Part shown: positions 16,674 through 26,021 of the stretch, one piece after another
Layout of the letters: every line of letters begins with the position of its first letter
Position numbering within the stretch: position 1 is the first letter of the stretch
Source of the DNA: Candidatus Atelocyanobacterium thalassa isolate ALOHA
Lineage (GTDB): Bacteria > Cyanobacteriota > Cyanobacteriia > Cyanobacteriales > Microcystaceae
Length of the DNA: 32,000 bases
Assembly (NCBI RefSeq): GCF_000025125.1
Contig: NC_013771.1
Span: 150,001 to 182,000 of the forward strand
Direction: 5' to 3'
The notes under the pieces: generated by a model
Told to the model about the DNA's origin: nothing
Databases searched by the model: none
Seen by the model: the letters and a program-made list of their open reading frames with translations, nothing else
Translations under genes and position numbers: made by a program

Positions 16674-17789
16674 ATGCTTTATAAACGCCGTAGCTTTTTG
16701 GTAATTATAGGAAGTATGTTCGGAGGAAAAGTTTTTTCTTTGATACATAACTTTTTAATTCGTAATAAAAATATTAATATTCAAAAACAAAACTTAAATT
16801 TTTTAAGCAAAGTATTATCCGTATCTCCTAGCGCTGCTGCTTCTGATTTGCCAAATATTCTAAAACAAGAAATAAGAGTAGTTGTTATTAGTGATCTTAA
16901 TGGTGAATATGGAACGACTAGCTATGCTCCAGAAGTTATTAAAAGTATATCTTTAATCAAGCAGTGGAAACCTGATTTAGTTCTATGTGCAGGAGATATG
17001 ATTGCTGGTCAGAAGTATTCTTTAACCAAAAAGCAAATACAATCAATGTGGATGGCTTTTAATAATAATATTGCTTTACCTTTAAAGCAATTAAAGATAC
17101 CGTTTGGATTTTCTCTTGGTAATCATGATGCTTCAGGAGCAATGTATAGAGATCAATTAACCTTTTATAAAGAAAGAATTATAGCTTCCAAATTTTGGAA
17201 TAATTCCCAACGTAACCTTAGATTAAATTTTATTGATAAAAGCAAATTTCCTTTTTATTATACTTTTAATCAAAACAATATATTTTATTTAGTTTTAGAT
17301 GCTTCTACTCATATTATCTCTAAGGAACAATTAACTTGGATTGAGCATAGTTTAAAAAGTTTAGAGTCTAAACAAGCAAAACTTCGTTTTGTCATTGGTC
17401 ACCTTCCCCTTTTTCCCATCGCAGTAGGAAGAAATAATAACGGTAATTTCATTAAAAATGGGGAAAAATTACAATTTTTATTAGAAAAATATGATGTTCA
17501 TACTTATATTAGTGGTCATCATCATGCTTACTATCCTGGTAAAAAAGGTAAGTTAGAACTACTCTATAGTGGAGCATTAGGAGGTGGTCCTCGTAGATTG
17601 TTAAATAGTAAACTGCCTCCTATAAAAACATTAACAGTAATTAATATTTCTCTATTATTAAAAGAAACAAAATATATTACTTACAATATGAATAATCTAG
17701 AAATTTTAGATATTAAAACGTTACCAAAATTAATTGGTAACGTTAAAAGAAAAGATATATCTTCTTCAAAAATAATTAACACCATATAG
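16674..17789 (+). CDS. Metallophosphoesterase (calcineurin-like) with a twin-arginine-type signal peptide
   Basis: 371 aa. The N-terminus MLYKRRSFLVIIGSMFGG matches the Tat RR-x-F-L pattern. Phosphoesterase motifs GDMIAG, GNHD and GHHHAYYPG are present. Confidence 0.82.
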   Translation: MLYKRRSFLVIIGSMFGGKVFSLIHNFLIRNKNINIQKQNLNFLSKVLSVSPSAAASDLPNILKQEIRVVVISDLNGEYGTTSYAPEVIKSISLIKQWKPDLVLCAGDMIAGQKYSLTKKQIQSMWMAFNNNIALPLKQLKIPFGFSLGNHDASGAMYRDQLTFYKERIIASKFWNNSQRNLRLNFIDKSKFPFYYTFNQNNIFYLVLDASTHIISKEQLTWIEHSLKSLESKQAKLRFVIGHLPLFPIAVGRNNNGNFIKNGEKLQFLLEKYDVHTYISGHHHAYYPGKKGKLELLYSGALGGGPRRLLNSKLPPIKTLTVINISLLLKETKYITYNMNNLEILDIKTLPKLIGNVKRKDISSSKIINTI

Positions 17790-17859
17790 ATTGAGAAAAT
17801 ATTATGATTACAACAAAGAAGAGTCCGATATTTTCACAAAATTATTTCTCAGGGAAATT

Positions 17860-18768
17860 ATGATAAATCAACTAGTAATAACAAAGAGAATTATCTCATT
17901 TATATTGTCTATATTAATGTTAAGTTTTGCAGAAGATTATGCTCAAGCTAGTGATCCTTTCCGTAAGATCAAGCCAAGGCCTATCGGAGAAAATACTGCA
18001 GCAGCTTTTACTGAGATCTTTAAAGAAGGTAATTATCAAAAAGGTAAAAGTTATTTGCAGAAAGCAATTAGAACTGAAGGTAATGAGCCTTTAGCCTATG
18101 CGATAGAAGCATCATTAGCTTATTCAAATGAAGATTGGGAAACCATGAAGAATTCTGCAGATAAAACTTTAGCTGTCGCAAAAAAATTAGTATCTAGTGA
18201 TTTATTGAGAGGTAATCTTTATCAAGCAGTAGGCCACTTCCTCCAAGGAGCATATACTTTTAAAATGCACGGACCTTTGGGGGCAGTTGACAAGCTGCAG
18301 TTAGTTTTTGACTATCTTGATATATCCGAGAATATTGACCCACAAGACCCAGAATTTAATTTATTAAAGGGATATCTTGAACTAATTCTGTCTGTTAATT
18401 TACCTTTTTCATCACCAAAAGATGCTATTTTACGTTTTGAAAAATATGCAGCTCCAAAATATATGGTTGATCGTGCTTTATTTGCTGCTTATCGAGACTT
18501 AGGAGAATATAACAAAGCTATGAGCTACATTAACATTGCTCTTGATAATAATCCTAATAATCCTGAGCTGCATTACTTTAAAGGACAATTACTTCGCAAA
18601 CAAGGTAAAACTGAAGAAAGCGAAATAAAAAGCTTTAATTTACTCAAAGAAGCATATGTCTATTTTGATAAAGCCATGATTAAATTTAATCAGTTACCAA
18701 AAGGTATTCAAATACCTTTACGACATGATCATCGAGCTGTACAAGATGAAATTACTAGTATTAATTAA
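17860..18768 (+). CDS. Secreted helical-repeat (TPR-like) protein, function unknown
   Basis: I prefer the ATG at 17860, which is preceded by AGGGA, over the TTG at 17791 in the ORF track. The ATG start gives a classical Sec signal MINQLVITKRIISFILSILMLSFAEDYAQA|SD. The remainder is helical and TPR-like, for example AYRDLGEYNKAMSYINIALDNNPNNPELHYFKGQLL. Confidence 0.7.
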   Translation: MINQLVITKRIISFILSILMLSFAEDYAQASDPFRKIKPRPIGENTAAAFTEIFKEGNYQKGKSYLQKAIRTEGNEPLAYAIEASLAYSNEDWETMKNSADKTLAVAKKLVSSDLLRGNLYQAVGHFLQGAYTFKMHGPLGAVDKLQLVFDYLDISENIDPQDPEFNLLKGYLELILSVNLPFSSPKDAILRFEKYAAPKYMVDRALFAAYRDLGEYNKAMSYINIALDNNPNNPELHYFKGQLLRKQGKTEESEIKSFNLLKEAYVYFDKAMIKFNQLPKGIQIPLRHDHRAVQDEITSIN

Positions 18769-19567
18769 ACAACCAAAACCATAAAATATATCCTAGAGCT
18801 TTAACACCGTCTTTCCAATTAATTTTTTTACCTTCCTCGTAAGTTCTTCCATAGTAAGAAATACCAGTTTCGTATATTCGCCATTTACGAGCCTTAGTAA
18901 TTTTAATTGTGAACTCTACTTCAAATCCAAAGTCATTACAAATGAGTTCCATTTCATTTATAACCTCACGACGAAACATTTTATAACAAACTTCGATGTC
19001 TGTAAGAGTAGTGTTACATAACAGATTAATCAAATTAGATATTACTTGATTTCCTAGAAGATGGTGAAAGTATAATACTCGATGAGGTTCACCATAAAAA
19101 CGGCTTCCGTAAACTATATCTGCATTATTTTCCGCAATTAATTTCCACATTCGTTTCCAGTCCTGTGGATCATATTCTAAGTCGGCGTCTTGTATAACAA
19201 GAACTTCTCCAGTAGACTTCTTAAATCCTGTTCTTAATGCGGCGCCTTTACCTTGATTAAAATGATGGAAAATTATGCTTACTGTTATTAAAGCTGTTTC
19301 TCCTTGTATTTTTGTAGATAATTGCTGTGAATTGTTTTTAATTTTATCTATAGCTGTAAGAGAACCATTATTTAATAACGCTTCAACAGGTTTTGTATTA
19401 GCAGAACCAAAGTTCCCTACTAGCCATTCTCGAGTACCATCTGTAGATCCATCATCCACTAGAATGATTTCTTTATCTACATTTGGAAGAACCATAGCTA
19501 TTTTTGCTAGAATAATAGATATGGTATGGATTTCATTGTAAACGGGGATAATAATAGACAGCTTCAT
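18761..19567 (-). CDS. Family 2 glycosyltransferase (polyprenyl-phosphate sugar synthase / DPM1-ArnC-GtrB-like)
   Basis: 268 aa with IIIPVYNE, DDGSTDGT, NQGKGAAL and QDADLEYDP (DxD). A ~40-aa insert (SANTKPVEALLNNGSLTAIDKIKNNSQQLSTKIQGET) separates DDGSTDGT from NQGKG. Its 3' end overlaps the convergent 17860-18768 gene by 8 bp. Confidence 0.85.
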   Translation of the reverse strand: MKLSIIIPVYNEIHTISIILAKIAMVLPNVDKEIILVDDGSTDGTREWLVGNFGSANTKPVEALLNNGSLTAIDKIKNNSQQLSTKIQGETALITVSIIFHHFNQGKGAALRTGFKKSTGEVLVIQDADLEYDPQDWKRMWKLIAENNADIVYGSRFYGEPHRVLYFHHLLGNQVISNLINLLCNTTLTDIEVCYKMFRREVINEMELICNDFGFEVEFTIKITKARKWRIYETGISYYGRTYEEGKKINWKDGVKALGYILWFWLFN

Positions 19568-19899
19568 ATGACACTTTTAAGGTAGCTGAAATTACAAAAG
19601 AACATAATCTTAGCTTTTTATATATAATATTTTTGTTTTAACATGAGAATTTTTTCATTCATGGTGAATGACTTGTTGAAGTTGATTTAGTTCCTATGTT
19701 TGAATTGTGAACTTTATAAAATGTTTTATGGAATGTCTAAAGATAGACATTAGAATGTATAAATAGCTATTAGTTCTAATTTATTTTTCTATCTAAATAT
19801 CTTTATTCGCAAAAAATAAGCTTTGATATTTCTTTCTCTAAATATTAAGATAATTATTTTAATAAGAAAGTTTAATAAATAGTTAATATGAACTTAATA

Positions 19900-19932
19900 G
19901 AGAACCAAGAGAGAACCAAGAGAGAATCAGAC
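19900..19932 (+). repeat. 11-nt tandem repeat x3 (GAGAACCAAGA, GAGAACCAAGA, GAGAATCAGAC)
   Basis: Read directly from the sequence. It lies 38-70 bp upstream of the GTG start at 19970. Confidence 0.85.
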
Positions 19933-19969
19933 AAAGCAGCTAAAAATTAGTGAGCAATCATTAGAAACT

Positions 19970-20785
19970 GTGAAAATATTTTTATTATTAGCATCTTTAT
20001 CAATTACTCAAGTATTAGGCGATATTTTTCTAAGCCGAGGAATGAAAGATTTCGTTGGCTTTGATTCTTCTGATCCAACAATTATTCTATATTTAATTAC
20101 TTACGTCCTAACTAATCATTGGATTTTATTAGGATTAGGAATACTGATAATTTCTTTAAGTCTTTACTTAACAGCAATTTCAAAATTAGATCTTAGTTAT
20201 GTATTACCTATTCATGCCTCTAGTTATGTGCTAAATGGTATTTTTGCTTGGGCTATTTTAGGCGAGGATGTTACGGGTATGAGATGGGTAAGTACTTTTA
20301 TTATTTCTTGTGGTGCCTTATGTGTAGGATTAAGCGACAGTAGTACGGCTGATTCAGTTCAGCATAACAATCTTAAATCTAGAAATTTACCTCTGTTTTT
20401 TTTACCATTTAGTTTGACTATTTCAAAGACTTGGTTAGCAATCATGATTAGTTCTGTATCTGATGCTAGTGGAGATTTGTTGTTAGCAGTTGGTATGAAA
20501 AAAATAGGAGAAATAGAAAGAGTAACTTTACCAGAAGTTAAAAAAATGATTATTAAGATAATCACCAGTCCTTTAATAATTAGTGGTATTGCTTGCCAAG
20601 GTATCGCATTTTTTAGTTTTATATCTGTTTTAAGTTGGACAGATATTAGTTTTGCTCGTCCAGCAACTGCACTAACGTACATTATAAGTATGTTAGGAGC
20701 CAAATTAATATTAAAAGAAAATATTCAGAGACAAAAACTATGGGGAATAATCCTTATAGGACTAGGAGTTTTTATACATCGTTAA
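19970..20785 (+). CDS. DMT-superfamily membrane protein made of two fused 4-TM EamA/SMR-like halves
   Basis: 271 aa starting at GTG. Two homologous hydrophobic halves (aa ~1-125 and ~150-271), each with ~4 predicted TM helices, are joined by a polar linker (SDSSTADSVQHNNLKSRN). Confidence 0.7.
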   Translation: MKIFLLLASLSITQVLGDIFLSRGMKDFVGFDSSDPTIILYLITYVLTNHWILLGLGILIISLSLYLTAISKLDLSYVLPIHASSYVLNGIFAWAILGEDVTGMRWVSTFIISCGALCVGLSDSSTADSVQHNNLKSRNLPLFFLPFSLTISKTWLAIMISSVSDASGDLLLAVGMKKIGEIERVTLPEVKKMIIKIITSPLIISGIACQGIAFFSFISVLSWTDISFARPATALTYIISMLGAKLILKENIQRQKLWGIILIGLGVFIHR

Positions 20786-20983
20786 CTTAATTCTTGATTA
20801 GAGTGGCTCAAAAATATGTACTAATACTTTACGGAGAAACTATAACTTGAATATATATACTTTTTATTAAGGTAACTAATTTAAGCTATTAAATCACATA
20901 AAAAAGTAGCGAAAAAAGGTTATTACATAAAGAAAATAATAGTTCTCACTTAATTATTGGATGATTTAAAAATTGTTTTCCGC

Positions 20984-20989
20984 TATAAT
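20984..20989 (+). promoter_or_regulatory. Candidate -10 element (TATAAT) for hup
   Basis: A consensus TATAAT lies 33 bp upstream of the hup ATG. No convincing -35 is present. Confidence 0.3.
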
Positions 20990-21021
20990 CAGCTTCAGTC
21001 ATAGTTTTCTATCAATTAACA

Positions 21022-21303
21022 ATGAATAAAGAAGACCTCGTTAACACTATTGCTGCAAAAACTCGCCTTACCAAAAAGGAAACAAGCCAAATTTTAGATG
21101 CACTAACAAGTACAATCATGGAAACAGTTGCTTCTGGAAATAAGGTAGTTCTAGTAGGGTTCGGAACATTTGAGCCAAGAGACAGAAAAGAACGAAAAGG
21201 TATGAATCCTCAAACAGGTCAACCAATTACTATTCCTGCAACTACAGTTCCAGCATTCTCTGCTGGAAAAGTTTTCAAAGGAAAAGTTGTAGAATCCATG
21301 TAG
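21022..21303 (+). CDS. hup: DNA-binding protein HU
   Basis: 93 aa: MNKEDLV..., GFGTFEPRDRKERKGMNPQTGQPITIPATTVPAFSAGKVFK, the canonical HU/IHF arm. Confidence 0.95.
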   Translation: MNKEDLVNTIAAKTRLTKKETSQILDALTSTIMETVASGNKVVLVGFGTFEPRDRKERKGMNPQTGQPITIPATTVPAFSAGKVFKGKVVESM

Positions 21304-21355
21304 CAAAATGTCTTGTACAGATTTTGCATGATATCTCACTGCAAAACTATTTTAA

Positions 21356-21400
21356 AGTCGAATATCTATGCCTAACGACATGGGTATTCGACTATATTAT
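21356..21400 (+). terminator. Candidate terminator hairpin downstream of hup
   Basis: A 9-bp stem AGTCGAATA / TATTCGACT (21356-21364 with 21385-21393) is followed by the A/T-rich ATATTATT. A second 7-bp hairpin (GCAAAAT/ATTTTGC, 21303-21327) overlaps the stop codon. Confidence 0.4.
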
Positions 21401-21486
21401 TAAACATGGTCAACTAAAACTAATGGCAAAGTATTTAGTTTATAAAAAAGATAAGATATTTCTACATATAAAATTTATATAAACTA

Positions 21487-21669
21487 ATGGTTACTTCTTT
21501 TATTGAGTTAACAGTTAGAATACCAGAAGACATTAAAACGCTTCAAAAAAGTATAGAGATAGAATTATCAAAGCATGGAAAATCTTTACGTTGGGCAATC
21601 ACGAAAGTAGATGTCGAAAAACAAATTGCTCAAGTGGAAGCTGTTGTTATTAAAGATATTGATAGATAA
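21487..21669 (+). CDS. Small hypothetical protein (60 aa)
   Basis: ATG-initiated ORF with non-low-complexity sequence (…LRWAITKVDVEKQIAQVEAVVIKD). It lies 70 bp upstream of, and co-oriented with, the next conserved gene. I recognise no motif. Confidence 0.5.
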   Translation: MVTSFIELTVRIPEDIKTLQKSIEIELSKHGKSLRWAITKVDVEKQIAQVEAVVIKDIDR

Positions 21670-21739
21670 ATATAAAGTTGTTTTAAAATCAACAATTTAA
21701 TTATACTAAAAACATTAATTATTATTCTGTAACAAACTT

Positions 21740-22795
21740 GTGTTTAGTCGTCCTTATAATGCTGTTTTAATTGTTCCTACTGGTATTGGAGCGTCTATTG
21801 GTGGTTATGCTGGAGATGCATTACCTTTAGCTAGAGCTATGGCAAAAATATGTGACTATTTAATTACTCATCCTAATGTTTTAAATGGAGCGCAATTATA
21901 TTGGCCTTCTAGCAATATCCTTTATGTTGAAGGATATGGTTTAGATAATTTTTCTTGTGGTAATTGGGGACTAGATCCGGTACTTTCAAATAGAGTTGGA
22001 CTAATTCTTGATCAAGGAATTGAGTCGGATTTAATGTTAAGACATATACAAGCGGCAAACGCGGCTAGAGCAACTCTTGGACTAAAACTAACTGATTATA
22101 TAGTGACTGATGCTTCACTAGGAGTAGAACTCCGTATTACCAACTCAGGAACAAGTTGGGGGACAATTAGTAATCCGGGTAGTTTGCTACGAGCTGCTGA
22201 AAAATTAATTAATATAGATAGGGCTGAAGCGATCGCTGTAGTATCTCGTTTTCCTGATGAAATAGATAAAACGTTACTTAATAATTATCGTTCTGGAAGT
22301 GGTGTTGATCCCATAGCAGGTGCTGAATCAGTTATTTCGCATTTGATAGTTAGTCAGTTTTGCATACCAGCTGCCCATGCTCCTGCCTTAAATCCTTTAC
22401 CATTAGATAGTACTATTTCTCCTCGTTCAGCAGCGGAAGAACTAGGATATACGTTTTTATCTTCTGTCTTAGTTGGATTAAGCCGTGCACCACAATTTGT
22501 CACTAAACAAAATTTTCATAGTATTTGGGCTGATGATGTTGATGCTTTAGTAGTTCCAGCAACTGCTTGTGGAGGATCATCTGTTCTTAGTCTTAATCAA
22601 AGAAATTCAGTACTAATAGCAGTAGCGGAAAATGAAACAGCCATTAATGTTTTACCTGAATCATTAAAACTAAAAGCTATCACAGTAAATTCATATTTAG
22701 AAGCACTAGGTGTCTTAGTAGCTCATAAAGCTGGTATTGATATCAATACTATTGGTCTAAACTTATCTTCTTTGTCTTCATTGACTGAGAGATGA
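21740..22795 (+). CDS. Conserved cyanobacteria/plastid-lineage protein of unknown function (I recall it as DUF3326-like)
   Basis: 351 aa starting at GTG, with well-balanced composition and higher G+C than its surroundings. Motifs VPTGIGASIGGYAGDALP and DPIAGAESVISHL are present. The family name is from memory and unverified. Confidence 0.8.
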   Translation: MFSRPYNAVLIVPTGIGASIGGYAGDALPLARAMAKICDYLITHPNVLNGAQLYWPSSNILYVEGYGLDNFSCGNWGLDPVLSNRVGLILDQGIESDLMLRHIQAANAARATLGLKLTDYIVTDASLGVELRITNSGTSWGTISNPGSLLRAAEKLINIDRAEAIAVVSRFPDEIDKTLLNNYRSGSGVDPIAGAESVISHLIVSQFCIPAAHAPALNPLPLDSTISPRSAAEELGYTFLSSVLVGLSRAPQFVTKQNFHSIWADDVDALVVPATACGGSSVLSLNQRNSVLIAVAENETAINVLPESLKLKAITVNSYLEALGVLVAHKAGIDINTIGLNLSSLSSLTER

Positions 22796-22910
22796 AAGTT
22801 GGTTAATTTTCTATTCTAGTTTTTATCTTCACTAATTAAATATCTAACATTTGATCAATTTTAATCAAACACTCTTACAATATAATTTTTAGTCAACTCT
22901 TTATTATTTT

Positions 22911-23366
22911 ATGGAAATCAAATTTCGAGAATTCAATCCTTTTGATCTATGGATATGGTTAGAATTTGAAACGATACCATCCAATCTAGAAAAACAGTAT
23001 ATTGAAGAAGTATTTAATTCTTGGTTTTATTTAGGTAAATTAGGAGCATTTAATGCTGAAAATTTACAAGTACAAGATGCAGGAATTGATATTAGTTATA
23101 TGAATTATGATACAGATATTCTTGACAATAGTATGATGGCTCTTATGCACAACATGGGAGATTTTGAATATCAAGATCTATGGGGGCGTTGTTGGCTTGA
23201 CTTAGGCACTAGTGACTTATTTTCATTAGACATTCTGATAAATTCATTAAATCAATTGGATAAAGAATTGATTAAAATTAAACAATTTATTATTGGGGGA
23301 GAGAATGAAAACTGGCGTATTGAAACACAAGAAGAGTCTATGTTTGTTGATGATGATGTAGTGTAA
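22911..23366 (+). CDS. Conserved cyanobacteria/plastid-lineage protein of unknown function (I recall it as DUF3531-like)
   Basis: 151 aa, acidic, Trp-rich N-terminus (FNPFDLWIWLEF...SWFYLGKLGAF...WGRCWLDLG). The family name is from memory and unverified. Confidence 0.7.
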   Translation: MEIKFREFNPFDLWIWLEFETIPSNLEKQYIEEVFNSWFYLGKLGAFNAENLQVQDAGIDISYMNYDTDILDNSMMALMHNMGDFEYQDLWGRCWLDLGTSDLFSLDILINSLNQLDKELIKIKQFIIGGENENWRIETQEESMFVDDDVV

Positions 23367-23564
23367 TAAGATAACTTGGTAGAATCTTATTACACCATAA
23401 TTTTATAATCTGTATTTTATATATATAAAACAAAGAATATCAATTAAATGTTGATTATGAAATTTTAAAAAGGTTTAATGAAACTTAAAAATCACAAACT
23501 TTTAGTAAAATCATAATTTCTATAATATTTATGAGATGAAAGTTATTTATAGTTTCAAATTATA

Positions 23565-25703
23565 TTAACTTTTAACAATTTCACCAAAGTCAGCCAAAAT
23601 CCTTCCATAATTACGTAAAATTCCTAATAAATTTAAACGATTTTGTTTGACTTTCTGATTCTCATCCATTACCAAAACGCTATTTTTGCCATCGAAGAAT
23701 TCATCAACTAGAGGAATAATATTGATTAGCCCTTTCATTAACAGATCATAATCTTTATTAGTTACAACAAAATTTATTGTAGGCTCTAAATTGATTAAGC
23801 TATCATACAATTGTTGTTCTGATAATTTTTTAAATAAATTATTGTCAATAATTACGGAAGGACTAAACTCTTCATAGCCAAGATTACCTTGCTTCGCTAA
23901 TCGAGTTGAACGATTAATAGTTTGATATACTTTCTCTAAAATCCCATTATTACGTATATTTTGTAAAAATTGAGCACGTTTTTTTAAATCTGTAATATCT
24001 TGAAAAGCGCGCTCTATATATTCAGACTCTACATCACCTAATACTGCGTTTACTAAATCATAATCAATCCCCATTTCATCTTGTAATAAAGATTGAATTC
24101 TTTGAGCAAAGAAGTTTCTTAAAGATTTTAGAGGAGATTTTTGTTCAGGATTATTTAAAAGAAATGATTGGCACCCTTCAGATATTAAACCAGATAGATT
24201 TATAGACAATTGAGATCCCCATGCTATGGAAATAATTGCGTTTGCTGCTCTTCTTAAGCCAAAAGGATCAGATGAGCCTGTTGGAATCATTCCTAGTCCA
24301 AAAATTCCAATCAAAGTATCTAAACGATCAGCAATCCCAACGACAATACCTGTCAAAGATTTCGGCATTTGATCATCATGACCACGTGGTAAATAATGAT
24401 CAAAGATTCCCTGAGCGACAATCTCTAACTCTCCGCTGACTAAAGCATATTTTTGTCCCATAATTCCCTGCAGTTCGGGAAACTCATATACCATTTGAGT
24501 TACAAGATCAGCTTTGCATAATAAAGCTGTCCTCAAAACTTCTTCTATTTGTTGTGGCGTAAACTGTAATTGATTTGATACTTGCTTAGAAATATTGATA
24601 ATTCGATCTACCTTATTTCTTATACTCCCTAATTCTTTTTGAAAAGTAACATTCTCTAATTTAGGTAAATAACTACTTAGAGATTGATTACTATCAGATG
24701 CATAAAAAAACTGAGCATCTGATAGCCTTGCTTTTAATACTTTTTCATTTCCCTGAGTAATTATTGTACTCTTACTAGGATCACCATTTGAAATACTAAT
24801 AAATTGTGATAAAAGTTGATTACTAGATATCTTTTTGATAGGAAAATACCTTTGATGTTTAATCATTACAGTTTTAATAACTTCATCAGGAAGTTCTAAG
24901 AATTCTTCATTAAAAGTTCCTAAAATTGCCGTAGGGTATTCCACTAAATTTACAACTTCCTTTAATAACTCATGAGAAGTATCGATAACTCCTTTTGCAT
25001 TTTCAGCTATGGTTTTAATATCATTTTCAATAATGTTATAACGTCTAGCAGGATCGACCTCAACATAAGCAGATTTTAATATATCTACATAGGAAGCAGC
25101 ATGTGGAATATTAATAGGGCCAGGTCTTAAAACTCGGTGTCCATATGAAAAAGAGCTACTAGTTATTACACTATCTCCATTTTCAATCTTGATAGGTAAT
25201 ATTTGAGAATCACACAAAGATACTATCCATCTAATAGGACGGGAAAATTTAAAATCGCCATTCCCCCATTTCATGAATCTTTTACCCTCTAAACCACCAA
25301 TCCAAGCATTAATTAATTCTGGTAAAATCTCAGTTGTTTTAATGCCCTGTATTTTTTTATCAACAAATACGCATTCTCCTTTTTTAGTAGAACGAATCTC
25401 CAAGGCTTCAATTTCAACATTTTGTTTTCGTAAAAATCCTTCTAAAGCTATTGTTGGTTTTCCTTCTGTAAATGCTGCTTTTACACTAGGACCTTTTATT
25501 AATTCGTTACGGTCTGTTTGCTTATCTAATAGACCAGTAATTATAACAGCAAGTCTTCTTGGCGTTCCATATACAAAAATAGACTCTGAACTCAAAAAAT
25601 TCTTTTTTAAACTAGTAGGAATGATTTGTTTCCACTGATTAATAGCACGGTCAACGAAACTTGTGGGTAATTCTTCTGTGCCAATTTCTAATAAAAAGAT
25701 CAT
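23565..25703 (-). CDS. glyS: Glycine--tRNA ligase beta subunit
   Basis: 712 aa with the N-terminal LLEIGTEELP, then GTPRRLAV and DPFGLRRAA. Length and order are typical of GlyS. Confidence 0.93.
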   Translation of the reverse strand: MIFLLEIGTEELPTSFVDRAINQWKQIIPTSLKKNFLSSESIFVYGTPRRLAVIITGLLDKQTDRNELIKGPSVKAAFTEGKPTIALEGFLRKQNVEIEALEIRSTKKGECVFVDKKIQGIKTTEILPELINAWIGGLEGKRFMKWGNGDFKFSRPIRWIVSLCDSQILPIKIENGDSVITSSSFSYGHRVLRPGPINIPHAASYVDILKSAYVEVDPARRYNIIENDIKTIAENAKGVIDTSHELLKEVVNLVEYPTAILGTFNEEFLELPDEVIKTVMIKHQRYFPIKKISSNQLLSQFISISNGDPSKSTIITQGNEKVLKARLSDAQFFYASDSNQSLSSYLPKLENVTFQKELGSIRNKVDRIINISKQVSNQLQFTPQQIEEVLRTALLCKADLVTQMVYEFPELQGIMGQKYALVSGELEIVAQGIFDHYLPRGHDDQMPKSLTGIVVGIADRLDTLIGIFGLGMIPTGSSDPFGLRRAANAIISIAWGSQLSINLSGLISEGCQSFLLNNPEQKSPLKSLRNFFAQRIQSLLQDEMGIDYDLVNAVLGDVESEYIERAFQDITDLKKRAQFLQNIRNNGILEKVYQTINRSTRLAKQGNLGYEEFSPSVIIDNNLFKKLSEQQLYDSLINLEPTINFVVTNKDYDLLMKGLINIIPLVDEFFDGKNSVLVMDENQKVKQNRLNLLGILRNYGRILADFGEIVKS

Positions 25704-26021
25704 ACTAATATGACAAAAACATATCTTAAATAATGTATGATCTTAACACTATGCACTATAAGTTATATTGTTTTTCTAGATATTTTATATTTCTCTAAAA
25801 ATTTTCAGTTTTTCAACTAATGCTATTTATTAAAGTTGAATTGTTATTCAAATACCTTTATTTATAAGATAATAAACAGATAACCACAAAATTATATAAA
25901 TTCTATATTAAAAATATTTTAATCAATCCACTAAATTCTCCTGTTAAGTGCAAACACTTTACCTTCTAGTACTAACTTTTATTTACTAGATGTAAACAAA
26001 TTTACGAGGGAAAACTGAGTT

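Noticed and set aside
17791-17859. TTG start at 17791 for the helical-repeat protein (ORF-track model)
   Set aside because: The extra 23 residues (MRKYYDYNKEESDIFTKLFLREI) would bury an otherwise textbook signal peptide. The ATG at 17860 is preceded by AGGGA. The longer model cannot be excluded without data.
22229-22236. HIP1 palindrome GCGATCGC
   Set aside because: I noticed only a single copy, inside a CDS. That is too little to say anything beyond being compatible with cyanobacterial ancestry.
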